Shown here in pieces: positions 18,574 through 28,489 of a DNA stretch of 64,000 nt. This DNA is from Myxococcota bacterium. GTDB taxonomy: Bacteria; Myxococcota_A; UBA9160; UBA4427. The stretch spans positions 2,400,001 through 2,464,000 of the forward strand of contig OZ252299.1 of the NCBI GenBank assembly GCA_965250285.1, in the 5' to 3' direction. A program made the translations under genes and the position numbers. Positions within the stretch are counted from its first letter, which is position 1. Every line of letters begins with the position of its first letter. The notes under the pieces were generated by a model. That model worked only from the letters and a program-made list of their open reading frames with translations. It had not been told where the DNA came from and searched no databases.

Positions 18574-20658
18574 TCAGCCGGGTGCACTCGAATCGACGGC
18601 GCGCTCGAGAACGCGGACGATCTCGCCGGTGGCATCGACTTCGACGAGATCGCCCGTCCGAATCGTCGACGTGGCGCGGCCCGTGCCCGTCACGGTCGGG
18701 ATCTTGAGCTCACGGGCAATGATGCTCGCGTGGCAGGCCACGCCCCCGTCGTCGGTCACGATCGCGCCGGCATGCCGCAGCAGCGGCATCAGGTTCGGGT
18801 TCGACTGGATCGAGACCAGCACCTCTCCGTCCTCGAGCTCATAGCCTTCGGGGTTCGATGACAGGACCACGCGCGCGCGCCCTCGGTGCACCCCCGGCCA
18901 GGCCGCCTGCCCCGCGATCCGATCGGGGTCGTCGGGTGGGACGATCTGCCGCTGCCCCGCCTCGCGCATGAGCAGATACCCGGTTTCGCTCACGAAGCGC
19001 ACGCGCTCTTCATCGCCGAGCGATTGGTAGACGAAGAGCTGGCCCGCCTCGACCGCGGCCAGCCGCTCGTCGAGCGTTGCCCGGTCGAGCGTCGCGTCCC
19101 GCAGCTCGCGCCAGGTCGCGAGCTCGGCCGTCCGCTCGGGCGCCGCGAAGTCGAGCGCCCGCCCCCGTTCGGAAGCGGCCGGCGCCACGATCTCATGAGC
19201 GACACGAGGGTAGAGTGAACGCGCCCGAAGCCCCTCGGCCAGCTCGCGCACCCGGGGATCGGCCGGCTTCTCGTCGCCGAGCGCGATCAGCGTCCACGCT
19301 GGAATCGTGACCGTGTAGCGCCCTACCTCGATCAGGTAGGCCGCGGCCTCGTCGATGTCGGCGAAGCCCTCGCCGCTCTGCATGCGCGCGACGCCGCGCT
19401 CGAAGACTTCGTTGCCGCGCTCGAGCAGATCGACCAGCTTCGCCGGGTCGTTGCGCGCCAGATCGAGAAAGTGGTCGAAGCCCGCCTGCATGGCGATGGC
19501 GCCGTGGTAGGTCGTCGCCATGCCGGCTTCGTCCTGAATGGCCATGAAGCGGTCGCAGTGCAGGTCGAGATCGGCGCCCGAGTGCTCGGTGTCGACCCAG
19601 TGGGCGAGCACCGAGACCTCGAGCAGCGACATGGGGCGTCGCACCATCGTCTGCCACGGCTCCGACGTGTCGACGATCGGCTCGGCATACTCGGCGGCGA
19701 GCGTCGTGATCGGCCGGGCCTGAAGCAGCTGGAACCCCGCATCGGTCAGGGCCCACTCCGTATCCATCGGCTTGCCATAGTGTCCCTCAATTCGATCGAG
19801 CATCGACGCGTACTCGAGCACGCGCGCGTCGCTCAGCTTCGGCGCCTCGCCCAGCGCGACGGCGACGTCGCGCCACTCGGGCTCGGGCGACGCGGCGTCG
19901 AGGAAGAGACCACGACGCTGCTGACCCACCGTCCGTTCCGTGATCTGCCCAGCGCTCGGATCGACGACGAACTGATCGGGGTTCACGGCACCCGATACGA
20001 TCGCCTCACCGAGCCCGAGACACGCCTCGACGAGCTGCAGGCCGGGCTCCTGCGTCACGGGATGGACCGAGAAGCCAATCCCCGACACCTCGCTCGCCAC
20101 CATCTGCTGAACGACGACCGCGACCCCGAACTCACCCTGCCCGAACCCATGGGCCGCGCCGTAGGCGAGCGCCCGTGGCTGGTAGATCGACAGCCAACAG
20201 GCCTTCGTCTGCTCGACGGCGAGATCGGGCGGCACGTTGAGAAACGTTTCGAGCTGCCCCGCCCACGCCGTCGCCGTCCCGTCTTCGCAGGTCGCGCTCG
20301 ATCGCACCGACACCCGGCCGGCGCCCAGATCTTCGAGCCCGGCGCGCACCGCTCGCACGACGGTCTCGGGCACCGGGGCCGGCTCGAGCCGTCGCCGGAT
20401 GACGTCGGCCGCCTGGTCGACGGGGATGGCGTGCGAGGCCACGTGCGCCAGCGTCTGGGCGACCTCGCCGGCCGGATCGGCCGCCGCCATGAACTGGTCG
20501 AACGCATGGCGCGTCACGACGAAGGCGGGGGGCACGTTCGCGCCGGCGCGCCGCAGCTCGCCGAGCGACGCGCCCTTTCCGCCGGCCGAGTCGACGTGCG
20601 ATGCATCGAGCTCTTCGAGTCGCTGGATCAAGGGGGATGCGGTCACTCGACACCTCAC
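18574..20658 (-). CDS. PEP-utilising dikinase-like enzyme with rifampin-phosphotransferase-type domain order
   Basis: GGKGASL, VRSSATCED, AGQLETFLNV, GLGEAIVSG, LLQARPIT; C-terminal GGVACHASIIARELKIP phospho-His domain. Confidence 0.85.
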   Translation of the reverse strand: MRCRVTASPLIQRLEELDASHVDSAGGKGASLGELRRAGANVPPAFVVTRHAFDQFMAAADPAGEVAQTLAHVASHAIPVDQAADVIRRRLEPAPVPETVVRAVRAGLEDLGAGRVSVRSSATCEDGTATAWAGQLETFLNVPPDLAVEQTKACWLSIYQPRALAYGAAHGFGQGEFGVAVVVQQMVASEVSGIGFSVHPVTQEPGLQLVEACLGLGEAIVSGAVNPDQFVVDPSAGQITERTVGQQRRGLFLDAASPEPEWRDVAVALGEAPKLSDARVLEYASMLDRIEGHYGKPMDTEWALTDAGFQLLQARPITTLAAEYAEPIVDTSEPWQTMVRRPMSLLEVSVLAHWVDTEHSGADLDLHCDRFMAIQDEAGMATTYHGAIAMQAGFDHFLDLARNDPAKLVDLLERGNEVFERGVARMQSGEGFADIDEAAAYLIEVGRYTVTIPAWTLIALGDEKPADPRVRELAEGLRARSLYPRVAHEIVAPAASERGRALDFAAPERTAELATWRELRDATLDRATLDERLAAVEAGQLFVYQSLGDEERVRFVSETGYLLMREAGQRQIVPPDDPDRIAGQAAWPGVHRGRARVVLSSNPEGYELEDGEVLVSIQSNPNLMPLLRHAGAIVTDDGGVACHASIIARELKIPTVTGTGRATSTIRTGDLVEVDATGEIVRVLERAVDSSAPG

Positions 20659-20740
20659 CTCGCGCCGTCGGTCCGTTCGTTCGAATCCCCGCCCCCGAGA
20701 GCGTTGGCTGCCCGGGCGAGCGTGCCTCGGCTCCAGACGC

Positions 20741-22282
20741 TCAGGCGGGGCCTTCAGTCAGCGACAGATCCTCGCAGATCGCCGCCGCGGCGTTCCGGCC
20801 GGGCATCATCGATACGCCGCCGCCGGGATGCGTGCCCGATCCGCACAGATACACCCCTTCGACCGGCGTGCGGTACCGACCGCACTCGGCGATCGGCCGG
20901 TTCGCACCCAGCTGCGAGGCGATCACCGCGCCGTGGGTCATGCAGCCATTCACCGTATCGAAACCGAGCGACAGCTCCTCGGCCGGGTCGCGCAGCACAC
21001 GCGTGCGCGTGCGTGCACGCAGGCCCGGGGCGTAGTCGCGCTCGAACTCGTCGAGGACGCGGTCGGCATAGGGCTCGGCGGCTTCTTGCCAGGTGCGTGC
21101 GTCGATCGTCCCTCGCGCATCGCCCTCGATCACGAACGGCACGGGCTGGATGACGAGCTTCATGACCGATCGGCCCTGCGGTGCTCGACTCGGATCGACG
21201 GCCCCTTCGTTCGCCGTCAACACGAAGGGCTGCGTCGGCAGCAGTCCGCTGCGGGCCTCGCGAAGCATGCGCGAGAAGGGCTTCATCGACGGCTCGGAGG
21301 GGTGTACGTAGGTCGCGCGGCCAGCCGGAGCACCCGCCGCATACGCCGCGGGCTCGTCGAGCGCGAGGAACACGCAAAGCGCGCCCAACCCGAACCGGTA
21401 GCCCCCCATCTTGCGGGTGACTTCGCTGCCGACTTCGTCTTCGCGAAGCAGATCGAGCAGCACCCGAGCGGGATTGGCGTTGGCGACGATCGGTCCGCGA
21501 GAGCGGATCTCCTCGCCACCGGCGAGGCGAACGCCGACGGCCCGCCCGCGCTCGACGACAATGCGCTCGACCCGGGCCGCGGTCCGAATCGCGCCGCCGT
21601 GCTCGCGGATCGACGCCGCCAGCGCGTCGCAGAGCTTCTGCATGCCGCCGCGGACGACGTTGTTGCCCTCGTTCTGGATGATCGTCACGAAGTCCTGCGC
21701 GAAGGCCGCACTGCCCTCTTCTTCGGGTGCGAGCCCCACGTGGCAGGCCCAGGCGGCCATGACCGCCTGCATCTCGGGCGACTCGAAGTGGGCGGGCGCC
21801 CACTCGCTCAGCCGAGCACGTCGCTCGGCTGGCAGCGCAGCGGCCTCGGGCTCGTGATTGAGCCCGGCCGCGACGCGATCGCGCTGTGCGACGTAGTCGT
21901 CGTTCAGGCGACGCCACGCGTCGGCGTCGCGCTGCGAGAATGCAGCGATGCTGCGACACGTCTCGTCGATGTCGCGCCAGCACTCGATGGCCCGGCCGTC
22001 GGGGAAGGCGTGCACCCAGTTGGGGTCGGGGTGCAGCAGCTCGAAGCCGTTTCGCTCGAGCTCGAGCTCTCGCGGGGCCGGCGATAGATTGCCCAGCTGG
22101 TAGCCATAGCCGTGCACGTCCGACGAGAAGCCGGGCCCGGTGAGCTCCTCGGATCGGGTCAGGCCCCCGATCTGGCCGTATTGCTCGAGCACGAGCACCG
22201 AGAGCCCGGCCCGTGCGAGATAGGCCGCGCAGGTCAAGCCGTTGTGACCGGCTCCGATGACGATGGCGTCGGGGTCACGCAC
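20741..22282 (-). CDS. Phytoene desaturase-like FAD-dependent oxidoreductase
   Basis: IGAGHNGL, RGGMQKL, YRTPVEGVYLCGSGTHPGGGVS. Confidence 0.88.
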   Translation of the reverse strand: MRDPDAIVIGAGHNGLTCAAYLARAGLSVLVLEQYGQIGGLTRSEELTGPGFSSDVHGYGYQLGNLSPAPRELELERNGFELLHPDPNWVHAFPDGRAIECWRDIDETCRSIAAFSQRDADAWRRLNDDYVAQRDRVAAGLNHEPEAAALPAERRARLSEWAPAHFESPEMQAVMAAWACHVGLAPEEEGSAAFAQDFVTIIQNEGNNVVRGGMQKLCDALAASIREHGGAIRTAARVERIVVERGRAVGVRLAGGEEIRSRGPIVANANPARVLLDLLREDEVGSEVTRKMGGYRFGLGALCVFLALDEPAAYAAGAPAGRATYVHPSEPSMKPFSRMLREARSGLLPTQPFVLTANEGAVDPSRAPQGRSVMKLVIQPVPFVIEGDARGTIDARTWQEAAEPYADRVLDEFERDYAPGLRARTRTRVLRDPAEELSLGFDTVNGCMTHGAVIASQLGANRPIAECGRYRTPVEGVYLCGSGTHPGGGVSMMPGRNAAAAICEDLSLTEGPA

Positions 22283-22371
22283 GCGCTCAGGATAGCTGCC
22301 ACGAAGTCATGCGCTGGGCCGCGCGCGGCACACGCGACGCCGTGAACGCGCGCGTCCGGCTCAGGCGCGTC

Positions 22372-23925
22372 TCAGGACGGCGCTTCGACCGTGCCGGGCC
22401 CCTCGATCCGCTCGACGGTGAGCCCGCGCCGCTCGGCCGATTCTTCGAGGTCGCGCAGGATCTCGAGGACATCGTGATCGATCGCGACGGTGCGACTCAG
22501 GTCGAGCACGATGTGAGAGCCGTCGGGCACGGCAGAGAGCTCGCGCAGCAGCGCGCCCCGACTCAAGAACGACACTTGCTCGGCCAGCCGCAGGCGCACG
22601 ACGTGGCCATCGGCCTGCTCACGCTCCTCGACGTCGACGGTGTGCGAGTTCGTGTAGCTCTGATAGAGCACGAAGAACACACCGACGGCCAGGCCGAGCA
22701 GCACGCCCTTGAGCAGGTCGGTCAGCAGAATCGCCAGGATCGTCACGATGAACGGCCCGAACTGGCTGAAACCGAGGCGGTACATCGAGACGAAGAGCTG
22801 GGGCTTCGCGAGCTTGTAGCCCACGACGAAGAGGATCGCGGCGAGCACCGAGAGCGGCACGAGGTTCAGTAGATCTTCGAGGAGGAAGACGGCGATGATC
22901 AGCAGGATGCCGTGCACGATGGCCGACGCCTTCGTCTTGGCGCCCGACTGAATGTTGGCCGAGCTGCGCACGATGACCTGCGTGACCGGCAGACCGCCGA
23001 CGAAGCCCGAAATCGAGTTGCCGACGCCCTGCGCGACCAGCTCGCGGTTGGTGGGCGTGACGCGCTTGTCGGGGTCGAGCTTGTCGGTCGCCTCGACGCA
23101 GAGCAGCGTCTCGAGGCTCGCGACGATGGCGAGCGTGAGCGCGGTGACCCAGATCTGGGGGTTCCCGACGTAGCTCCAATCGGGCGAGACGATCACGCCC
23201 GCGATCTCGGAGAACCCGTCGAGCACGGGGATCTGCACCAGGTGGTCGCTCGCGAGGGCCCAGCCCGGCGCGTATCGGACGGTGAGGAACTGGAAGGCCA
23301 TGCCGAAGCACACGGCGACGAGAGGCCCCTGGATCAGCTGGAAGATCCTTGCGCGATGGACGAGCACCTGGTCCCACAGGATCAGGATGCCGAGCGCGAC
23401 GATCGAGACGAGCGTCGCGCTCGCATCGAAGTTCTCTGCGGCGCGGAAGATCGCCGAGAACGTCGTCTCGCCGTCGGGCTGAATGAACGCGAAGTCGCCT
23501 TCGGGGTCCGCGTCCCAGCCGACGGCGTGGGGAATCTGCTTGAGAATGATGAGCAGGCCGATGCCCGTCAGCATCCCCATGATGACCGCAGAGGGAAAGA
23601 AGTAGGCAAGCACGCCCGCGCGACCGAGCCCGAGGGCGATCTGGATGAAGCCCGAGAGCACGACGGCCACCAGGAACGCCTCGTAGCTGCCGAGGCTCTC
23701 GATCGCACCGGCGACGATGACCGCAAGACCGGCTGCGGGGCCCGAGACGCCCACATGGGAACCGCTCAGCAGCCCCACGATCGTGCCGCCCACGATGCCC
23801 GCGATCAGGCCCGCGAACAGCGGTGCGCCACTGGCGAGCGCGATGCCGAGGCACAGCGGTACGGCGACGAAGAAGACGACGATGCCAGCGGGCACGTCCT
23901 GACGAAGATGCTTCAGCGGGTGCAA
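22372..23925 (-). CDS. SulP family inorganic anion transporter with C-terminal STAS-like domain
   Basis: VAVPLCLGIALASG, GVSGPAAGL, NRELVAQGVGN, VIVRSSAN. Confidence 0.93.
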   Translation of the reverse strand: MHPLKHLRQDVPAGIVVFFVAVPLCLGIALASGAPLFAGLIAGIVGGTIVGLLSGSHVGVSGPAAGLAVIVAGAIESLGSYEAFLVAVVLSGFIQIALGLGRAGVLAYFFPSAVIMGMLTGIGLLIILKQIPHAVGWDADPEGDFAFIQPDGETTFSAIFRAAENFDASATLVSIVALGILILWDQVLVHRARIFQLIQGPLVAVCFGMAFQFLTVRYAPGWALASDHLVQIPVLDGFSEIAGVIVSPDWSYVGNPQIWVTALTLAIVASLETLLCVEATDKLDPDKRVTPTNRELVAQGVGNSISGFVGGLPVTQVIVRSSANIQSGAKTKASAIVHGILLIIAVFLLEDLLNLVPLSVLAAILFVVGYKLAKPQLFVSMYRLGFSQFGPFIVTILAILLTDLLKGVLLGLAVGVFFVLYQSYTNSHTVDVEEREQADGHVVRLRLAEQVSFLSRGALLRELSAVPDGSHIVLDLSRTVAIDHDVLEILRDLEESAERRGLTVERIEGPGTVEAPS

Positions 23926-24203
23926 ACGTGTCTTCCTGCCGTGAGGGCGATTTCCGCCACGATGGACTCGCAGAATCCAATGAGAATGAAGGACGCTAAC
24001 GCACTCGCGGATCGCGTTGTAGAGCCGCGGGAGCTCGATTCGAATCGCGCGAGACCGGAGTCCACGCCTCGAACGTGCGCTTCAATCGAGCGCCGGATCA
24101 CATCGATGGCCCGGCTTCGCGGGCGGCGGCGCGCGCACTGCCGGCGGCGGCCGACGCGGCGCCTCGGAGGGGTCGACTCGGGGCGCCGCCCGTCGCCGGA
24201 CAC

Positions 24204-25784
24204 CTACATGACAGGCTCGACAACGCCCGACCAGCCGACGGTGCGGGTCGCGACGTAGCCATCCGGCCGAACCAGGTACGCGCACCGCTCCGTCGCGCCA
24301 TAGCGATCGTGCATCCCACCATCGGGGTCTTCGATGCGTGTGGCCGGGGCCACGTCGGCCCTGGGCGTGCGGCTCACGACACACGGCTCGACCCAGGCGA
24401 TGTGGGGGCGAACCGCTTCGAGCGCCCGCTTGCGTTCTTCGGGTGTGCTGCCGCCAGACCCCTCGAAGAGCAGGAGGTGAGCCTTGCCCGAGCCGAGCTG
24501 GCGATAGAGGCTGGTCTCGGTGTCGTTCCAGCGGATGCCGGTTGCGTCGGGCGCCTGTGCGCCCGGGGCCGGCCCGGCTTCGAAGTCGCCCTCCCCCGCT
24601 TGCGACAGGGGGCTCTTGCCATAGTCGACGTCGACCTGCTGGAGGTGCCGTGCCGCGTTCAGGCGATCGGTGTCGGGGACGAGCATGTGTTCGACCAGCC
24701 GGGCGCGCTCGGCGTCCGACAGCCCGGCGTACCGCTCGAACTGCTCGGTCGCCTGCTTCGTCATCTCGACGACCTGCTCGCCAACGGCGCGTCGTTCGAT
24801 CTCGTAGCTTTCGAGCCAAGCGTCGGGCAGCACCCCGTGGATCACCCCTGCCAGCTTCCAACCGAGGTTGAAGGCGTCCTGAATGCCGACGTTCATGCCC
24901 TGCCCCGCCAGCAGGCTGTGGATGTGCGCCGCATCGCCGGCGAGGAAGACGCGGCCCTCTCGGTAGTGCGGTGCGAGCCGATACGAGATGCGGAAGTACG
25001 TGAGCCAGCGCGGGTCAGAGAGCTGGAGCCCGGGCAAGCCCCGCCGATCGACCAGCTGCTGGAGCAGCTCGAGGGTGGGCGCGCCCTCAGGCGCGTCCCC
25101 GCGCGCCAGGCTCGCGCACACGAGGCGTCGCCCCTCCGGCAACGTGCTGAAGATGAAGAGGTCGCCCTCGTCGTGCAGAAACGCGTAGCCGGTGCCTTCG
25201 TCGAGCTCTCCCTCCACGACGGCGTCCGTCAGCGCGTAGGGGTAGGGATCGCCCTCCCCGTAGAAGGCACAGCCCGAGAGGTGACGCGTCGCGCTGTGCG
25301 CGCCATCGCATCCGACGAGCCACGCCGCCCCCACGCGCTCGGCCTGGCCGACTGCGTCGACGACCGTGGCGACGACGCCGCTGTCGTCCTGCTCGAGCGC
25401 CGTGAGCTCGACACTGCGCTCGACGCGTACGCCGAGCGACGCGAGGCGTCGCTCGAGCACCGCCTCGGTGTGCGCCTGGGATTGCGACATGCCGAACGGA
25501 AACGGCGAATCGATCGGTGCGTGGGGCGTCTCGCTGACGGGTTGACCGTTCGCGAACAGCCGAATGCAGCGCTCTTCGATCGAGCCGTCGGTCACCTCTT
25601 CATCGAGGCCCAGCCCCTGGAAGATCTCGAGCGTGCGTGAATGCAGCAGGTTCGCCCGGACGTGGGGGTCGATGCCCGGCGAACGATCGATGATCCGAAC
25701 GGCGACGCCCCGGCGCGCCAGCTCGCACGCCATCATGAGCCCGGTCGACCGGCCGCCAACGATCAGAACCTGGCAGTCGCTCAT
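24204..25784 (-). CDS. FAD-dependent aromatic hydroxylase-type monooxygenase (PheA/TfdB family)
   Basis: VGCDGAHS, FLAGDAAHIHS..GQGMN.GIQDA, RPDGYV; GGAG RBS before ATG 25784. Confidence 0.9.
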   Translation of the reverse strand: MSDCQVLIVGGRSTGLMMACELARRGVAVRIIDRSPGIDPHVRANLLHSRTLEIFQGLGLDEEVTDGSIEERCIRLFANGQPVSETPHAPIDSPFPFGMSQSQAHTEAVLERRLASLGVRVERSVELTALEQDDSGVVATVVDAVGQAERVGAAWLVGCDGAHSATRHLSGCAFYGEGDPYPYALTDAVVEGELDEGTGYAFLHDEGDLFIFSTLPEGRRLVCASLARGDAPEGAPTLELLQQLVDRRGLPGLQLSDPRWLTYFRISYRLAPHYREGRVFLAGDAAHIHSLLAGQGMNVGIQDAFNLGWKLAGVIHGVLPDAWLESYEIERRAVGEQVVEMTKQATEQFERYAGLSDAERARLVEHMLVPDTDRLNAARHLQQVDVDYGKSPLSQAGEGDFEAGPAPGAQAPDATGIRWNDTETSLYRQLGSGKAHLLLFEGSGGSTPEERKRALEAVRPHIAWVEPCVVSRTPRADVAPATRIEDPDGGMHDRYGATERCAYLVRPDGYVATRTVGWSGVVEPVM

Positions 25785-26039
25785 CTCCTCGCCTCCGCGA
25801 ATCGCATTCGTCAAGCGGGCCCCGACTCGTCCCGAATGGGCAACCCAGCAGAGCATACGCCGACTCTGCGGTGCCAGCGGCCGGGTGCATCGACGCGATG
25901 CCGATCGCCCGGGTCGATCCGATAGGCTCCCTGGTGGCGGCGCGAGTCTCCGCAAGCTCGTGCGGCCCACACGAATCGGTCGTCGCCGCCGCCCGATCGG
26001 CGACAGGAGGATGAACCGGCCCAGCCCGGTCGAAGCGAC

Positions 26040-26825
26040 ATGAGCCCTCCCATTGTCTTCATCCACGGAACGAACGCCGGCCCGTGGACTCTGTCGAACT
26101 TCAGCACGCACTTCGCCGACCTCGGCTTCGAGTGTCACAGCCCCGCGTACCGCGACCACGACCCCTCGCCGACGATCGACGACGCCGCCCGACTGGTCGG
26201 CACGAGCATCGCCGACTATGTCGACGACATCGCGCGCGCGGTCGCGGGCCTCGCCGAGCCGCCGATTCTCGTCGGCCACTCCCTCGGCGGCGTGGTCGCG
26301 CAGAAGCTCGCGAGCCGCGGCCTCGCCCGCGCGATCGTGCTGCTCAACGGCAGCGTCAACTGGGGCGTGTTGCCGACGACCCGCGAAGAGCGTGAGCTCG
26401 CCCGGGCGTTCATCGCCTCGGGGGCCTTCTGGGAGCAGGCCCCGCCCCCCGACTTCGACACGATGATGCGGTTCGGCCTCAACAAGCTCGCTCCGCGCGA
26501 CCGCCGCGACGTGTTCGACCGACTCGGTCCCGAATCGGGTCGTGTCCTCTTCGAGCTCTTCTTCTGGATGTTCGACGAGCACGAGACGACGCGCATCGAC
26601 TACGACGCCTGTCGCTGTCCGGTGCTCATGGTGTCGGGGAGCGACGATCTCGCGATCCCGCCATCGACGGCGCGGCTGATCGCCGCACGCTACGGCGACC
26701 GCGCCACCTTTCACGAAGCGAAGGGCCACGGCCACTACCTGATGCTCGAGGCGGGCTGGCGCGAGATCGCCGAGCGCTGCGCGACCTGGATCGAGGCCCA
26801 GGTCGGGCGCACGTCGCCTGCCTGA
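26040..26825 (+). CDS. Alpha/beta hydrolase
   Basis: FIHG, GHSLGG nucleophile elbow, SDDL, GHGH. Confidence 0.9.
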   Translation: MSPPIVFIHGTNAGPWTLSNFSTHFADLGFECHSPAYRDHDPSPTIDDAARLVGTSIADYVDDIARAVAGLAEPPILVGHSLGGVVAQKLASRGLARAIVLLNGSVNWGVLPTTREERELARAFIASGAFWEQAPPPDFDTMMRFGLNKLAPRDRRDVFDRLGPESGRVLFELFFWMFDEHETTRIDYDACRCPVLMVSGSDDLAIPPSTARLIAARYGDRATFHEAKGHGHYLMLEAGWREIAERCATWIEAQVGRTSPA

Positions 26826-26986
26826 GCTCGATCGGCTGGCTCTGGTCGTGCCGACCCCCGACGTGTGTGGTTCCCGACCTATCCCGCTGCGACAAGCGAA
26901 GGCGTAGAATCCCCGCCGGGTGCCGGCGCCGAGCCGGCACGCCGCACAGCCGCCGATTCACTCTGCACGCTTTTGGGGGAGCACGC

Positions 26987-27739
26987 ATGGAATACGAGAT
27001 TCGGGAGAAGACCTTCGGAGAGATCCTCGACACGTCCTTCGCGCTGTTGCGGAACCACTTCGTCCCGCTTTGCCTGCCCTACCTACTGATCTCGATCCCG
27101 GGCGGTCTCGCGGCGGGCTACATGGGCTCACCCGAGCTCGAAGCGCAGCTCGAGTCGGGCCAGTTTCCGTCGGAGTGGCTGGGCGCGCTCGGTTTCTCGG
27201 TCGTCTTCGGCATCCTCGTGGCGCCCGTCGCCATGTACGGCATCACCGAGTTCATCAGCAGTCACTACCGCGGGCGACCCGTCTCGATCGGCGATGCCTG
27301 GCGAGCCGGTGCGCGTGCGTACATGCCGCTGATCGGGACGACGCTTCTCGCCGGCTTGCTGATTCTCCTCGGCACCCTTCTCTTCGTGATCCCCGGCATC
27401 TACCTCGCCCTGGCCCTCGCCTTGATCACGCCGATCATCGTGATCGAAGGGCGGTTTGGAACGAAGGCGATCTCGCGCAGTCGAGAGCTCACGAAGGGCA
27501 GCCTCTTTCGCATCTTTGGGCTCTATGTCGTGGTCTTCGTCCTGAGCTCGGTCCTGAACTTCGGCGGCTCGTTGCTATCGCTCGGCGACCCTTGGATCGC
27601 AGCGGGCTTTCAGACGATCGCAAGCGCGATCGCGCAACCCTTCGGCTTTGCCGCAACGGTCGTGCTCTACTACGACGTCCGCTGCCGAAAGGAAGCATTC
27701 GATCTCGAACACCTGAGCGACACCGTCGCACAGGCGTGA
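26987..27739 (+). CDS. Integral membrane protein (GDPD membrane-anchor-like), first gene of the MoxR cluster
   Basis: FGEILDTSF..., several TM helices, YYDVRCRKEAFDL C-terminal motif. Confidence 0.75.
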   Translation: MEYEIREKTFGEILDTSFALLRNHFVPLCLPYLLISIPGGLAAGYMGSPELEAQLESGQFPSEWLGALGFSVVFGILVAPVAMYGITEFISSHYRGRPVSIGDAWRAGARAYMPLIGTTLLAGLLILLGTLLFVIPGIYLALALALITPIIVIEGRFGTKAISRSRELTKGSLFRIFGLYVVVFVLSSVLNFGGSLLSLGDPWIAAGFQTIASAIAQPFGFAATVVLYYDVRCRKEAFDLEHLSDTVAQA

Positions 27740-27865
27740 CCCCATCCGAGCCCGGTCGCGGCGCTGCCGCGATCGCCCGCCTTCGCCCGGGACGCCGCCG
27801 CGATCGACCGGTGTTTCGGCAGACGGCAGTGCCGGCGCTACGATCTCGTCTCGAGGCGATCGAAT

Positions 27866-28489
27866 TTGAAGACCGTGTCCGACCAGCAGGTGCGCGAACT
27901 GGCGACCGAGATCCTGAGCCAGCCCGAGTATGCGCGCTTTCGCTATCGGGATCCGGAGTGGCCCGCCTGGGTTCGGGCGATTATCGACCAGATCGACGCG
28001 CTCCTGGCCTCGATCGGCCGAATCTACGTCGAGAGTCCCGCGGCGTACTGGGCGCTCGTCCTCGGCCTCTTGCTGATCAGCGTCGCCCTGTTCGCCCATG
28101 TGATCTACTCCGTGCGGCGGGCGCTCGCGATGGTTCCGCCGGCGGACGAAGCCCACGGAGTCGAAGGCTATGTCGACCTGGCCCGACGGGCCGACGAGGC
28201 CGCCTACGCGGGCGGCTACCTCGATGCAGCGCGATACCTCCAGCTCGCCAGCATCGAGCTGCTCGTGAAGCGCGGCTGGCTCGAGCTCGCCCGATCCGAG
28301 CCGAACCCGGTCCTGCGTGAGCGTCTGGCGCAGTCGGCGCTCGCGCCCGAGTTGGAAGACGCCATGCACGATCTGGTCGACCGACTCGAGGTCGGGCAGT
28401 TTCGCGATCACGCGGCCGGGCAGGCCCTCTACCACGATTGGCGTCAGCTCTACGGCCAGCTGAACGATCTGGAGCCGCACGTCTCGTGA
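27866..28489 (+). CDS. DUF4129-type membrane protein
   Basis: ILSQPEY, one TM helix, ADEAAYAGGYLDAARY; position in the MoxR cluster; start uncertain. Confidence 0.65.
   Translation: MKTVSDQQVRELATEILSQPEYARFRYRDPEWPAWVRAIIDQIDALLASIGRIYVESPAAYWALVLGLLLISVALFAHVIYSVRRALAMVPPADEAHGVEGYVDLARRADEAAYAGGYLDAARYLQLASIELLVKRGWLELARSEPNPVLRERLAQSALAPELEDAMHDLVDRLEVGQFRDHAAGQALYHDWRQLYGQLNDLEPHVS

Noticed and set aside
18574..20658. Annotation as ppsA (PEP synthase)
   Set aside because: Lacks the C-terminal pyruvate-binding domain; the His domain is terminal
25785..26735. Extension of the 843-aa monooxygenase ORF
   Set aside because: Antisense to the alpha/beta hydrolase; an RBS supports the start at 25784
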